From positions 1,488,001 to 1,552,000 of the forward strand of contig MU008162.1 in the NCBI GenBank assembly GCA_010909165.1: a stretch of DNA of 64,000 nt, written 5' to 3'. The translations under genes and the position numbers were made by a program. Source of the DNA: Anthoceros angustus. Lineage: Eukaryota > Plantae > Anthocerotophyta. Positions 34,080-45,000 of this stretch are shown piece by piece (the stretch's first letter is position 1; each line of letters opens with the position of its first letter). The notes below the pieces were generated by a model. It searched no databases and was not told the DNA's origin. It worked only from the letters and a program-made list of their open reading frames with translations.

Positions 34080-37000
34080 TCACAGGGATTCTGCGGCTTG
34101 GCAGCTTCTCGCTGTGTGCAGATAGATGAACTTCCTTTCTATGTGGCACATATCCTTTTTTGTTGATGTTGGAGAGGGGAGAGTACATGTTCTAGCCTTA
34201 CTTGACTCTTGGGATGCTGCATGTCTATAGCCGACCAGAAAACTATGCACCAGTCCGTCCATGTTAGTCCACCAGCTCTGACCAGGCCGTTTCCATGCCC
34301 TCATTCCTGTTTTCTTGGCCTGCATCTTGTGTGCCTGCTCCCACATCTGGGCGCTGGCGTATATGTTAGACATCAACACATACGCTGCAGCATCGTTCTT
34401 GTCTAGCTGCACTGCTTCGTGGAAAGCACGGCATCCCACCTCGACGTTGCTCCACTTTCGACAGGCACCCAAGAGTGTGTGCCAGACTGCAGCATCAGGG
34501 AGGACAGGCATTGTGCTTATGATATCTAATGCCTCATTTAGTCGACCTGCACGGCCGAGGAGATCCACCATGCATGTGTAATGCTCCACTGTGGGAGTGA
34601 TTCCGTAGCATGTGCGCATAGCCTCGAAGTACTCTCTCCCCTTGTTCACTAGGCCCGCGTGACTGCACACTGTTAGCACACTAAGGAATGTGATCCCGAC
34701 TGGCTTTATGCCATCCCCTGTCATTCTTTGAAACAGGTCAAAGACCACTTCGCTGTCTCCTTGACTGCTGTAGCCTGCAATCAGCGCACTCCAGGCAAAA
34801 ACGTCTCTTTCATGCAACGCATCAAACACCTGCTGTGCATCAACCATGCTCCCTGACTTTCCATACATGTTTATCAAGCTGCCGGCTAGAGACGCATGAG
34901 CTTGAAGCCCCAGTTCTTGAATCTGAGCATGTAACTGCCTTCCCAGATGCAAAGCTGCCACATTTGCACATGCCTGCAGGAGGAACGCAAAAGTCACCGT
35001 ATCGGGTACAGCCATGCCTTCTCCTTGCATAGCCCTGTAGAGACCAAGGACTTCCTGGCCCATGCCTTGCTGAGAATACCCTGCTATCACAGCGGTCCAC
35101 GTCACAACATCTTTTGGTCCAAGTCCGTCAAACACTCTCTGAGCGTCTTCCAAGTTACCACACTTGGCATACATGTTCACCAAACAGCTGGCTACAAATG
35201 CATCACCTTCATGTCCTTGCTCTTGGATTTGCGCATGAAGCTGCATGCCCATCTCCAGAGCTTGGGTTCCAACACTTGCACATGCTTGCAGGAGACACAC
35301 AAATGTCACAGAATCCGGTTTAGCGATTCCTTCTTCTTGCATAGCACTGTAAAGACGAAGGGCTTCCTGGCCCATTCCCTGCTGAGAATACCCTGCTATC
35401 ATGGCATTCCATGTCCCCACATCTCTTTTTGGACCAAGTCTATCAAACACCGTTTGAGCGTCTTCCAGGCTTCCACACTTTGCATACATGTTCACCAAAC
35501 TGTTGGCTACAAACACATCAGCTTCATGTCCTTGTTTTCTAATTTGTGCGTGAAGCTGCTTCCCCTTCTCCAAAGCTGGAGTGCCGACATTCCCCAATGC
35601 CTGCAGGAGGCACACAAATGTCCAAGAATCGGGTACTGTGATGCCTTCTTCTTGCATAGAACTGTAGAGGCGAAGAGCCTCGTGCACCCTGCCCTGCTGG
35701 GCATACCCTGCTAGAATGGTAGTCCATGTCACCTCATTCTTCTCACCAAGTCCATCAAACACACTCTCAGCATCTTCCAAGCTGCCACACTTAGCATACA
35801 TGTTTACCAAACTGCTGGCTACATACACATCAGCTTGATGTCCTCCTACTTTAATCTGTGCATGCAACTGCTTCCCTTTCTCCAATGCCTGGGTGCCCAC
35901 ACTGGCGCATGCCTGCAGGAGGCACACAAATGTGACGGAATTGGGTACTGCGATGCCTTCCTCTTCCATGGCACTGTAGATACAAAGTGCTTCCTGGCCC
36001 ATGCCCTGCTGGGAGTACCCTGATATCATGGCATTCCATGTCACAACATCTCTGTGCCCAAGGCCGTCAAAAACTCTCTGCGCGTCTTGCAAGCTTCCAC
36101 ATCTGGCATACATGTTTACCAGACTGTTCGCTATAAGCACGTTATCCTCTTGTCCTCGTTCTCTAATTTGCCTATGAAGCTGCTTTCCCTTCTCCAAAGC
36201 TGGGGACCCCACACTTGCACATGCTTGGAAGAGGCACACAAATGTGATGCAGTCAGGCGCCACGCCACCATGTTGCTGCATATCACTGTAGAGACTGAGG
36301 GCTTCGTGGCCCATGCCCTGCTGGGAATAACCTGATATCATGGCATTCCACGTCACCGCATCTTTCTGGCTGAGACCATCAAACACTTCTCGAGCAGCTT
36401 CCAGGCTACCACACTTGGCATACATGTCCACCAGGCAATTACAGACAAACAAATCAGGCTCAAGCCCACTGGCCAACACATCAGCATGCAGCAGCTGCCC
36501 AGTTTTCAGGTCCGTTCCCCTTGCACAAGCCTGAAGGGCTGCCACAAAGACATGGCCATCTGGCTTCACACTCGACCTGCGCATCCGATGATAGAGTTGT
36601 ATAGCCTGCTTGTCTTCTCCGTGCTTAACATGCGCAGAGATTATGGCAGACCACGTGAAGGCATCTGGTTTTGCAACCACTGCCAAGACATCCATAGCAT
36701 CCTGCAACCTGCCATGAGAGGCATACATTCGCAAGATATGGTTACACAGGAACGTATCCGACTGGTACCCCAGTTTCACCGTGAAAGCATGGATACGGCG
36801 ACCCAGAACAAGATCCTTCTCCACCACACATCTCTTCAGCACAGTGTAAAAGAGGGTTTTAGAAATACAACACTCCTTCTGAACCAGAACTCCCAAAGCC
36901 TCCACAGCCTCAACTAGATGGCCCTGATAACACACGTTGCTCACAGTTTCAGACGACACAAGATGAAACAGATCAATACTGAGAGCGATATCCATATCCC

Positions 37001-37205
37001 TACCCATATCCACATTCAGAACAGCTGGCTGCGCAGACTGTCGCCACAAGAGATCCTGGTCGCTGGAAGATCCATCTCGAGCTAAACATCCACTTGGACG
37101 AGGTGGCTTCCTCCATGTGGCAACCCCATTGTTTGCCAAAGATGGAGAATTCCTTAAAGTCATCAGGCGAGCGGGAGCTGTTCCTATCGATCTCCAGACA
37201 CCCAT
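34080..37205 (-). CDS. PLS-class PPR RNA-editing factor with E domains and a WW-type PG box; DYW domain out of frame and degenerate
   Basis: About 6 PLS triplets (LVNMYAKCGSLEDA..VF..DVVTWNAMI.GYSQQG); E1/E2 (HYTCMVDLLGRAG, WHTLLGACR, YVLMSNIY); KRPGQSWWTNMDGLVHSF; intronless; first in-frame ATG at 37205. Confidence 0.93.
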   Translation of the reverse strand: MGVWRSIGTAPARLMTLRNSPSLANNGVATWRKPPRPSGCLARDGSSSDQDLLWRQSAQPAVLNVDMGRDMDIALSIDLFHLVSSETVSNVCYQGHLVEAVEALGVLVQKECCISKTLFYTVLKRCVVEKDLVLGRRIHAFTVKLGYQSDTFLCNHILRMYASHGRLQDAMDVLAVVAKPDAFTWSAIISAHVKHGEDKQAIQLYHRMRRSSVKPDGHVFVAALQACARGTDLKTGQLLHADVLASGLEPDLFVCNCLVDMYAKCGSLEAAREVFDGLSQKDAVTWNAMISGYSQQGMGHEALSLYSDMQQHGGVAPDCITFVCLFQACASVGSPALEKGKQLHRQIRERGQEDNVLIANSLVNMYARCGSLQDAQRVFDGLGHRDVVTWNAMISGYSQQGMGQEALCIYSAMEEEGIAVPNSVTFVCLLQACASVGTQALEKGKQLHAQIKVGGHQADVYVASSLVNMYAKCGSLEDAESVFDGLGEKNEVTWTTILAGYAQQGRVHEALRLYSSMQEEGITVPDSWTFVCLLQALGNVGTPALEKGKQLHAQIRKQGHEADVFVANSLVNMYAKCGSLEDAQTVFDRLGPKRDVGTWNAMIAGYSQQGMGQEALRLYSAMQEEGIAKPDSVTFVCLLQACASVGTQALEMGMQLHAQIQEQGHEGDAFVASCLVNMYAKCGNLEDAQRVFDGLGPKDVVTWTAVIAGYSQQGMGQEVLGLYRAMQGEGMAVPDTVTFAFLLQACANVAALHLGRQLHAQIQELGLQAHASLAGSLINMYGKSGSMVDAQQVFDALHERDVFAWSALIAGYSSQGDSEVVFDLFQRMTGDGIKPVGITFLSVLTVCSHAGLVNKGREYFEAMRTCYGITPTVEHYTCMVDLLGRAGRLNEALDIISTMPVLPDAAVWHTLLGACRKWSNVEVGCRAFHEAVQLDKNDAAAYVLMSNIYASAQMWEQAHKMQAKKTGMRAWKRPGQSWWTNMDGLVHSFLVGYRHAASQESSKARTCTLPSPTSTKKDMCHIERKFIYLHTARSCQAAESL

Positions 37206-38074
37206 GGCTCCCCGTAGCACGCACCTGGCCCATGTCAGCAATAGGCAGCGACCCGTGGAGATGAGGGTCAGGTCATCTGTGGAGCAGCAGAAGACTTGAT
37301 TCACATGACCATGTCACTGCCAAGCATGGCTCCATCTCACACTTTGCTGCTTTCTGCTGGAGGAATCATCATGGCATTTGCCGCGCTAACGTCTCCGCGC
37401 TAACTCTTCGTTGGTGTCATTTGAAACATGGTGTGTACACTTTTGCTTCAGTACAATAGTACATTTCCTGTCCTATTTTAAGTTTTATATCTTAAAGTTT
37501 TATTTTCTAAATATTATATTATTGAACTATATTTTGGTCAAGTAGTATATTTATCATTTATATTTTCTTGGTTATAAATGAATGAAAAATGATTTATAAA
37601 TGATATATAAATCATGATATCATTATAAATGATTATATATGAATATAAATGATATATAATGATTTATATATCATTTATAAAACATTTATAAATGAAAAAT
37701 CATTTATATTCTAAAAATAAGAAAACAATGCATTATAATAATTATAACTTCGTAAAGAGGTTTCTATTGGACTTTCAATGGTGTCATTTTGTAATCCACA
37801 TCTATCTTAACAACTGGAAAGTCGGTACTGGAAGAAACCATTTTGTGTTCTACAGGGAGACCAATATGACGAGCATACATACTATGATAAAACAACCATA
37901 TGTGTTAGAATCGATATGGACATTTCAATTCAATATTAGGACAGAGAACCACATTCTGAATCACTATATAAGTATGTGGTTAAAAATACAAAAATATTAT
38001 TAAATAGTATATAAAAATAATGGTAAATAATCAAAATAAGGAATTCTAAAATCAAAATACCTGTATTGTGTTTT

Positions 38075-38650
38075 ATCAAGGGAAAAAACGATGGGGGAAA
38101 ACCCATCCAGCATAAGACAATGAAGGTGGACCTCGGGGGTCAAGGTGAAAAAGAGCGACTAAGCTCCTTACCTAAAGTTACTTACTGCACCTAGAACATC
38201 ATATGTAGAAGGAACAAATGGCTTGCAAATGATGGAGGAAGAGGAAGAAGCGTCACCTCCCGTCGCCATCTTGTGAAGGATTGCTGTCGAGAGGGCCATT
38301 TGAAGGGCAATGGAGACTCGCTATATGAAGTAAGCTGTGAAATAAGAAAGGGACAATCCCACACCATGCCTGCGGGCGTGGTAGGATTTGGCACATAAGA
38401 AAGGAACAATCCCACACCATGCCTGCGGGCGTGGTAGGATTTGGCACATAAGAAAGGAACAATCCCACACCATGCCTGCGGGCGTGGTAGGATTTGGCAC
38501 AGGATTTGAGAAATTGATCGAAGTCCGCAGCCATTGCCCCATACGTTTCGAGTGCGAGCGGAATAAAGAAGTGGCCCGCTTGCATCCGGCTATACTTTCT
38601 AACCTTGAAAGCCACAGCACCAGAGGCAGCCCAACCAGGACGGTTGGTTT
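38075..38650 (-). mobile_element. 5'-truncated RLE-type (CRE/MoTeR-like) non-LTR retrotransposon fragment
   Basis: PGWAAS..FKVRKYS..FIPLALETYGAMAADFDQFLKSCAKSYH..RQQSF; internal 53-bp x3 tandem repeat (38355-38500); 3' hairpin at 38090-38107 shared with the other two copies. Confidence 0.75.
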
Positions 38651-39462
38651 AGGGTTGTCCGGAAAGTTTTGTGATAATTAAGATGTAGTTTAGGATTTAA
38701 GGAAGTTAGGCCATTACTTAGTGAAGAAGCAAGTGTCCTTATATACGGGATGAGACGGCCCTCATCAATAGAGAATGATGGGATAGACCTGGTGGATCGA
38801 TCGGTGATAGAGTCCTTATACTCTACATCACTAAGTACTTGTGCGGAAGCCCAATTTCGTGACCATGAGTGTTGTGAGAGGAAAGCTTCTTGTTTGCATA
38901 CTTATTGTTTTTAGTTATTAAATAAGTAAAAAGAGGAAACCATGCATACCAGACAAGAATTACTATGAATTAAGTTACTAAGTTAAGAGTTTAGTGATAT
39001 ATAAGATGAGGTTTAGGGTTTAAGGAAGTTTTTATACTTTAGGTAGTTACTTAATGATCAAGGTTACTTAATGATGAAGCAAGCCTCCCTATATAAGGGA
39101 CGAGGCTGGCCCTTATCGAACTGAGCTGGAAGACTCACTATGAGATACAAGTTGTACAATTGAAAAGTGGAAGAAACAGTATGCACATACGTATATACAA
39201 TTGTTGTTCTTGGGGGGCGCGAGATCAGAGTTAGATTCTCGCAATGGCCCTACCATTACAGTAGGCATGTCCAAATTCTAATTTTGAGATAAATATGAAT
39301 ATGAGAGCTCTACATAAAATAATAAAATATTGACATAATTAATTAAAATATTTAAATTTTAAGTTTTATTAATAAATATGTGGGCTACGTACAAAATAAA
39401 ACAAAAGTAGAGTATATATTATTTAAGACTCAGTGGTTGAAGTGGAATTTTATCTTATTTCT

Positions 39463-40937
39463 ATGGGAAATTTTGTAATGGGAAACCTCTATACATGTGC
39501 CAATACTCTTCCAAGGGAGAGGACCCCTTCCAACCATGTTTGGGATCATTCAAAAAATATTATGTTGGAAACCTTCCGAAGAAATGAGGGTCTAAGAAGG
39601 TTTGGATCCACTTCAAATGAGGTTCGAAGGAGGTTTTGGTCCACTTTAGGTAGCATATTATTGTGGACCATGCGTGGCATTATGTGCATATGTGATCCAA
39701 TGTGTAATTATCCATATATGAATGATATCTATGACAATTCTCCTCCTCAAGGGGAGATAAGCCTTTGTAATGATCTATCCACGAATAATATATGTGACGA
39801 TACTTTTCCCCATGGGGAGATGACCTTTTGTGACGATCTATCCATGAACAATATTTATGACGGTACTTCTCCCCATAGGGAGATGAACTTCTATGACGAT
39901 CTCTCCATGAACAATATCTATGACAATAGTCTTCCTCCGCAGGGAGAGATGACCCTTTGTGAAGATCTATCCATGATTAATATCTATGACAGTACTCCTC
40001 CGCAAGAAGAGATGACCCTGTGTGAATATCTATTCCTAAACAATATCTATGATATGGATGATACTGCTCCTCAAGGGGATGTGCTTTATGACGATCTATC
40101 CATAAATAATATCAATGACCATACTCCTCCTCAAGAAGAGATACCTTTTGGGTTCAATCAAATATCGATTGGGGGAATTTAGTTACTAGATTCCTCCAAA
40201 AATACAACACTACTCCTCAAGTGGACATGACTCCTAGTGACTATGTTTGGGATTGGAGAAAGATGAACATTTTACCTTCAGTTAGTGACCAGGGAAATTG
40301 TGGCACATGCTTTCTCTTTTCAACCCTCACTACTGTTGGTGCAAGAATCGCAATTACATTTGATACTCCTCCATTAGACCTTTCAGTGCAAGATTACATC
40401 GACAATTGGCAGCTTTGGACCTCCATCTCCAAATATATGAGAGAAACTTTCATTAAGGAGCTCCCTGAAAATATGAATATGATATGCAAATATGGTGGAA
40501 GTGGCATAGATGTAATGAATTATGTGAAGAAACATGGAGTAACTTTGGCAGAGAGTAATCCATACCATTTGGGTTGGTGTCGAAAACATCCTCCTAGCCA
40601 GCGCAATGTCTTACGATATAGTGTGGATCATGAGTTCTTGAAAGAATTGAACTTCGAAATGATGAAAGACCTTGTAAGATGCACACCGATCGTTGTATCT
40701 CTTAAATGTGAAGCTTATGAGTTTGAGGACCATCCTGACCACAAAGCTCAAAAACCTTATTCTGGTATGTGGGATACAGTTCATAACCATAGTGTGTTAA
40801 TAGTAGGGTTCAATAAAGAGGCGTGGATATTGCGCAACTGTAGAGCTGAAGAGTGGGGTGATAATGGATATTTTAGGGTCAACTTTGGCGATATTGCACC
40901 TGGAATCTATGATGAGGCTTGCATACCTATTCTTTAG
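39463..40937 (+). pseudogene. Divergent papain-like (C1A) cysteine protease with N-terminal ~21-aa repeats, split by a single frameshift at ~40142 (true lesion or sequencing error)
   Basis: WDWRK..DQGNCGTCF (Q, C), NHSVLIVG (H), ILRNC..WGDNGYFR (N). The upstream repeat ORF joins in frame if GAGAT-ACC is restored to the repeat consensus GAG ATG ACC. Confidence 0.75.
39715..40145 (+). repeat. About 7 x 63-bp coding tandem repeat (consensus MNNIYDxxPPQGEMTLCDDLS)
   Basis: Visible in the 39433-40182 translation. Confidence 0.9.
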
Positions 40938-41057
40938 AATCATGCTTACAACAAATATGAAATTTACCTAACTATGGAAACACTCAAGGTCTATGAATCA
41001 CCCAAAGGTTTTAATTTAGCTTTATACATGAGTTCACATAATTCTTATTATATCCTG

Positions 41058-41340
41058 TGACCATTTGGTGAAACAAGGACAAATGTTACCCATTCTTGAT
41101 GACCATTTCGTGAGCCAAGGACAAATGTTTCCCATTCTTGATGACAATTTCGTGACCCAAGGACAAATGATTCCTGGTCTTGATGACCATTCTTTGATCC
41201 AAGGACAAATTTTTGCCATTCTTCATGACCATTTCGTGACCCAAGGACAAATGTTTCCCATTCTTGATGACCATTCCTTGATCTAAGGACAAATTTTTGC
41301 CATTCTTCATGACCATTTCGTGACCCAAAGACAAGTGTTT
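41058..41340 (+). repeat. 42-bp tandem array (gaccatttcgtgacccaaggacaaatgtttcccattcttgat), about 7 units
   Basis: Units start at 41059, 41101 and onward; the reverse complement of this array occurs at 48462-48850. Confidence 0.92.
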
Positions 41341-41710
41341 GCAATGCGATTTCGGAATGACTGATGACCAAGGATGTGGCATGCCATGACAAGGGCATGG
41401 TCAGCTTAGAACCTGCCATGAACCAAGGACCATGCATATGTTAATTTACCATATTTATGCATTTCCGCGTTCTCGCATACCATACTCCCTAACGTTCCAC
41501 ACCGCGAATTGACGATGTTCGCAACGACATCAAAATCTTTAGCCCATGAGCTTGCCGATTCAAGATCATGTTGCAATTTTCTTATGATAACATCCTGACT
41601 ATTAAATCTCTTATCTATAAGATCATCTATTACGGAATTGAATTCATCCTCCTTGTCCTCCTGGCCCTCCTCATCCCCTCATCCTCCGAGTCCCATGCCA
41701 AAGATTGGTG

Positions 41711-41863
41711 CTAAGCCAAAAGAGACTCATATTTTTCCCTTAAGAAAATATTCTCCGCCTCGATATTACGTATTCTAGTCTCCAATAAAGATATCCTGTT
41801 GTCTTCATATTTATCCTCAATACTACGCAATCTAGTCTCCAATACTGATACCCTATTGCCCAT
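41711..41863 (-). CDS. Putative 50-aa coiled-coil micro-ORF
   Basis: MGNRVSVLETRLRSIEDKYEDNRISLLETRIRNIEAENIFLREKYESLLA: internal duplication and heptad pattern; no homology recognised. Confidence 0.3.
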   Translation of the reverse strand: MGNRVSVLETRLRSIEDKYEDNRISLLETRIRNIEAENIFLREKYESLLA

Positions 41864-41959
41864 AACCTCAAAAAATAACAAAAATAAAAATAACTGCAAC
41901 CTCCTCCACACCACCCCCCATAGCCGCCACATCAAAAACCATGAATCATGTCCTCACCG

Positions 41960-42068
41960 TGACCTCCGCACAATAATCCTAAACGATGTGCTCGCCGCGA
42001 CCTCCGCACCACAAACCCTAAATCATGTCCTCATCGCGACCTCCGCACCAAAAACCCTAAATCATGTC
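41960..42068 (+). repeat. 3 x ~39-bp repeat, two units containing AAACCCTAAA
   Basis: gacctccgcaccacaaaccctaaatcatgtc... at 41961, 41999 and 42038. Confidence 0.8.
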
Positions 42069-42079
42069 GTACTTTTGCT

Positions 42080-45000
42080 TGAGGCGGCGGGCGTGAGGGA
42101 GGCGGCGGGCGGTGAGGAGGGAGGAGGGAGGGAGGGAGGCGAGGGCGGGCGGGCGGTGAGGCGGCGGCGGTGAGGAGGCGGCGGGCGGTGAGGAGGAGGC
42201 GGGCGGCGAGGAGGAGGCGGGCGGCGAGGAGGAGGAGGCGGGCGGGCGTGAGGAGGAGGCAGGCAGGCGGCCTTGGCCTTGGCGCGGCGCGGCGCGGCGG
42301 CGGCGGCCTTGAGGCGGCGGCCTTGAGGCGGCGGCAGGCGGCGGCGGCCTTGGCGCGGCGGGCGGTGAGGCGGCGCGGCGCGGGGCAGGCGGCGAGGCGG
42401 TGAGGCGGCGGCGGCGCGGCGGCAGCGCGGGCGGCGCGGCGCGGCGGCAGCGCGGGCGAGGCGGCGGCCTTGGCGCGGCGCGGAGGCGGGCGCGGGAGGC
42501 GGTGCGGGGCGGCGAGGCAGGCAGGCGGGCAGGCGCGGCGCGGGCGGCGAGGCGGCGTTGTGCGAGTGGAGTGCAGTGGGCGCCGTGCAGTGAGGCGGCG
42601 GCAGGCGGTGCGGGGCGCGGCGCGGCGCGGTGCGGGGCGGGCGGTGAGGAGGCGGCGGCGAGGAGGCGGGCGGGCGCGGCGCGGCGGCGGCCTTGGCGCG
42701 GCGGCGAGGCGGGCGCGGCGGCAGCGCGGGGCAGGCGGCGGGAGGCGGCGGCGGCGGGAGGCAAGGCCGGCCTGCGGAGGTAGGTGTGCCTCCGGAGGTA
42801 GGGTGGGCAGGTTGGCCGGAGTCGGGCAGACGGTGCAGGTAGCCCCGGTTGCCTACGGCTCCAGGGGTGGGGCCCGGCTGGGGTTCACGCCGCTAGTGTG
42901 CCACCGGAGTTGCGGCCAGTGCGTGTGTTGCTGCGGTGGCGGTGGGAATTTATTTTTTCCCGATTTTGTTCAGTTCCTTTTCGGTAGCTGGTGGATTTCC
43001 TACCCCCAGCTTTTGGTTGCGAGTTGCAGGTGCGGGCGCTAGTTTGGTGGGTCGGCAGTGGTTCTGTGGGTTGCAGTCCCTCTAGGCAGAGCTCTTTGGC
43101 GGCCTTTTGGGGTTCGCCATACAGAGCTCACACTCCGTATGTCCGGTAAAGGCTGGGGTCGTTTTGTCCCCGGTCCCCGGTACCTCCTCGGCCCTGTCGC
43201 CCTCCGACTGGCGTTTGCGGGTTCTTTTAGTACCTTCCCAATGGGGCGGTCTACACCTCCTGGCCAGTGGGACACGGAGTGTCTGCATGCTCAACTCTCT
43301 GCGGTGTCGAGGGGTGAAAACCCACATTGGGCACATGCATAAAGATTTCGACCGGACTACTTGGGCTGCCCAAGTGCACATTCGACCTCCTCCGTTCCAT
43401 GGTCACGAGGCTCGGCGTCGATGTCGTCCATCGTGGGGTGCCTCTCTCTTCACAGGAATGGTTGCGGGTCGGTGGATCACATACTTGGGATGTTTGAAAC
43501 CCGCTTTCCATGCCCGCGCATCTTCCATGAGCTTCCCGCCACCTTCATGATGATGCCCGTTTGGCGTTAGTCTTCCTTGGATCGCCTTGCGCTCGATCCC
43601 AGGGCGAGTTAGCTTGGTGCCTTCTCACCTTCTCCCGGTGGTGCCTTGGTGTTCTAGGGGTGGGGCTTATGGGCATCGGGAAGTTGCTAGCCGTCTTGGC
43701 GCTTTGGTGGTGGGCATCCCTCCGGAGGAGGCTTTGCGTCTTTGCCAAGGCTCGGGCGGAATCCATGGCCGGTTGGAGCAGGTCCGGGTAATGCAACAAA
43801 CTGCGTCGTTGCAAGGCTTGAGGCGGTGGTATGCTCATGTTGCCAGGCTCTTGACCCCTCCCTAGCCCCGCTTGAGGAGACCATTGTTGCCCTCGTGCCC
43901 TCCATCCGGCTCCCAAGGATGCCATCCCCGGACATATCGACTCGTCCGGAGGATCCCTTCTCTGGATCGGGCGGCTTTTGCTCTCTCTCGACCCCGTCTT
44001 TCATCTGCGGGTTGTCGGGAATGGTGTTTGAACACCTCGGGGACCTTTTCTCCCGAAGATCCATCTAGCGGCTTCCCAGCTCTTTTCTCTGGCTGCGGTG
44101 GCTCGGGGTGAGCCTCACGGTTCCCATGTTCTTGCGGTGGCGGTGGGAATTTATTTTTCCCGATTTTGTTGATTCCTTTTGGTGGTGGATTTCCTGACTT
44201 TTGGTTGCGAGTTGCAGGTGCGGGCGCTAGTTTGGTGGGTCGGCAGTGGTTCTGTGGGTTGCAGTCCCTCTAGGCAGAGCTCTTTGGCCGGCCTTTTGGG
44301 GTTCGCCATACGGAGCTCACACTCCGTATGTCCGGTAAAGGCTGGGGTCGTTTTGTCCCCGGTCCCCGGTACCTCCTCGGCCCTGTCGCCCTCCGACTGG
44401 CGTTTGCGGGTTCTTTTAGTACCCTTCCCAATGGGGCGGTCTACACCTCACAGCAGTAAGGACCTGTCTGTGCATGCTCAACTCTCTGCGGTGTCAAGGG
44501 GTGAAAACCCACATTGGGCACATGCATAAAGATTTCGACCAGACTACTTGGGCTGCCCAAGTGCACATTGCGACCTCCTCCGATTCCGGTCACGAGGCTC
44601 GGCGTCGATGTCGTCCATCGTGGGGTGCCTCTCTCTTCCTGGGAATGGTTGCGGGGTCAACTGGATCACATACTTGGGATGTTTGAAACCCGCTTTCCAT
44701 GCCCGCGCATCTTCGCGAGCTTCCCGCCACCTTCATGATGATGCCCGTTTGGCGTTAGTCTTCCTTGGATCGCCTTGCGCTCGATCCCAGGGCGAGTTAG
44801 CTTGGTGCCTTCTCACCTTCTCCCGGTGGTGCCTTGGTGTTCTAGGGGTGGGGCTTGGGCATCGGGAAGTTGCTAGCCGTCTTGGCGCTTTGGTGGTGGG
44901 CATCCCTCCGGAGGAGGCTTTGCGTCTTTGCCAAGGCTCGGCGGAATCCATGGCCGGTTGGAGCAGGTCCGGGTAATGCAACAAACTGCGTCGTTGCAAG

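Noticed and set aside
38654-42066. TTTAGGG/CCCTAAA motifs near retroelement 5' junctions suggesting MoTeR-like telomere targeting
   Set aside because: The motifs are isolated, the TSDs (TACTTTTGCT, CCATGCCTAGG) are not telomeric, and no telomeric repeat lies at the 3' junctions.
42057-43042. Ala/Arg/Pro-rich ORFs
   Set aside because: Artefacts of the GC-rich repeat leader of the retroelement.
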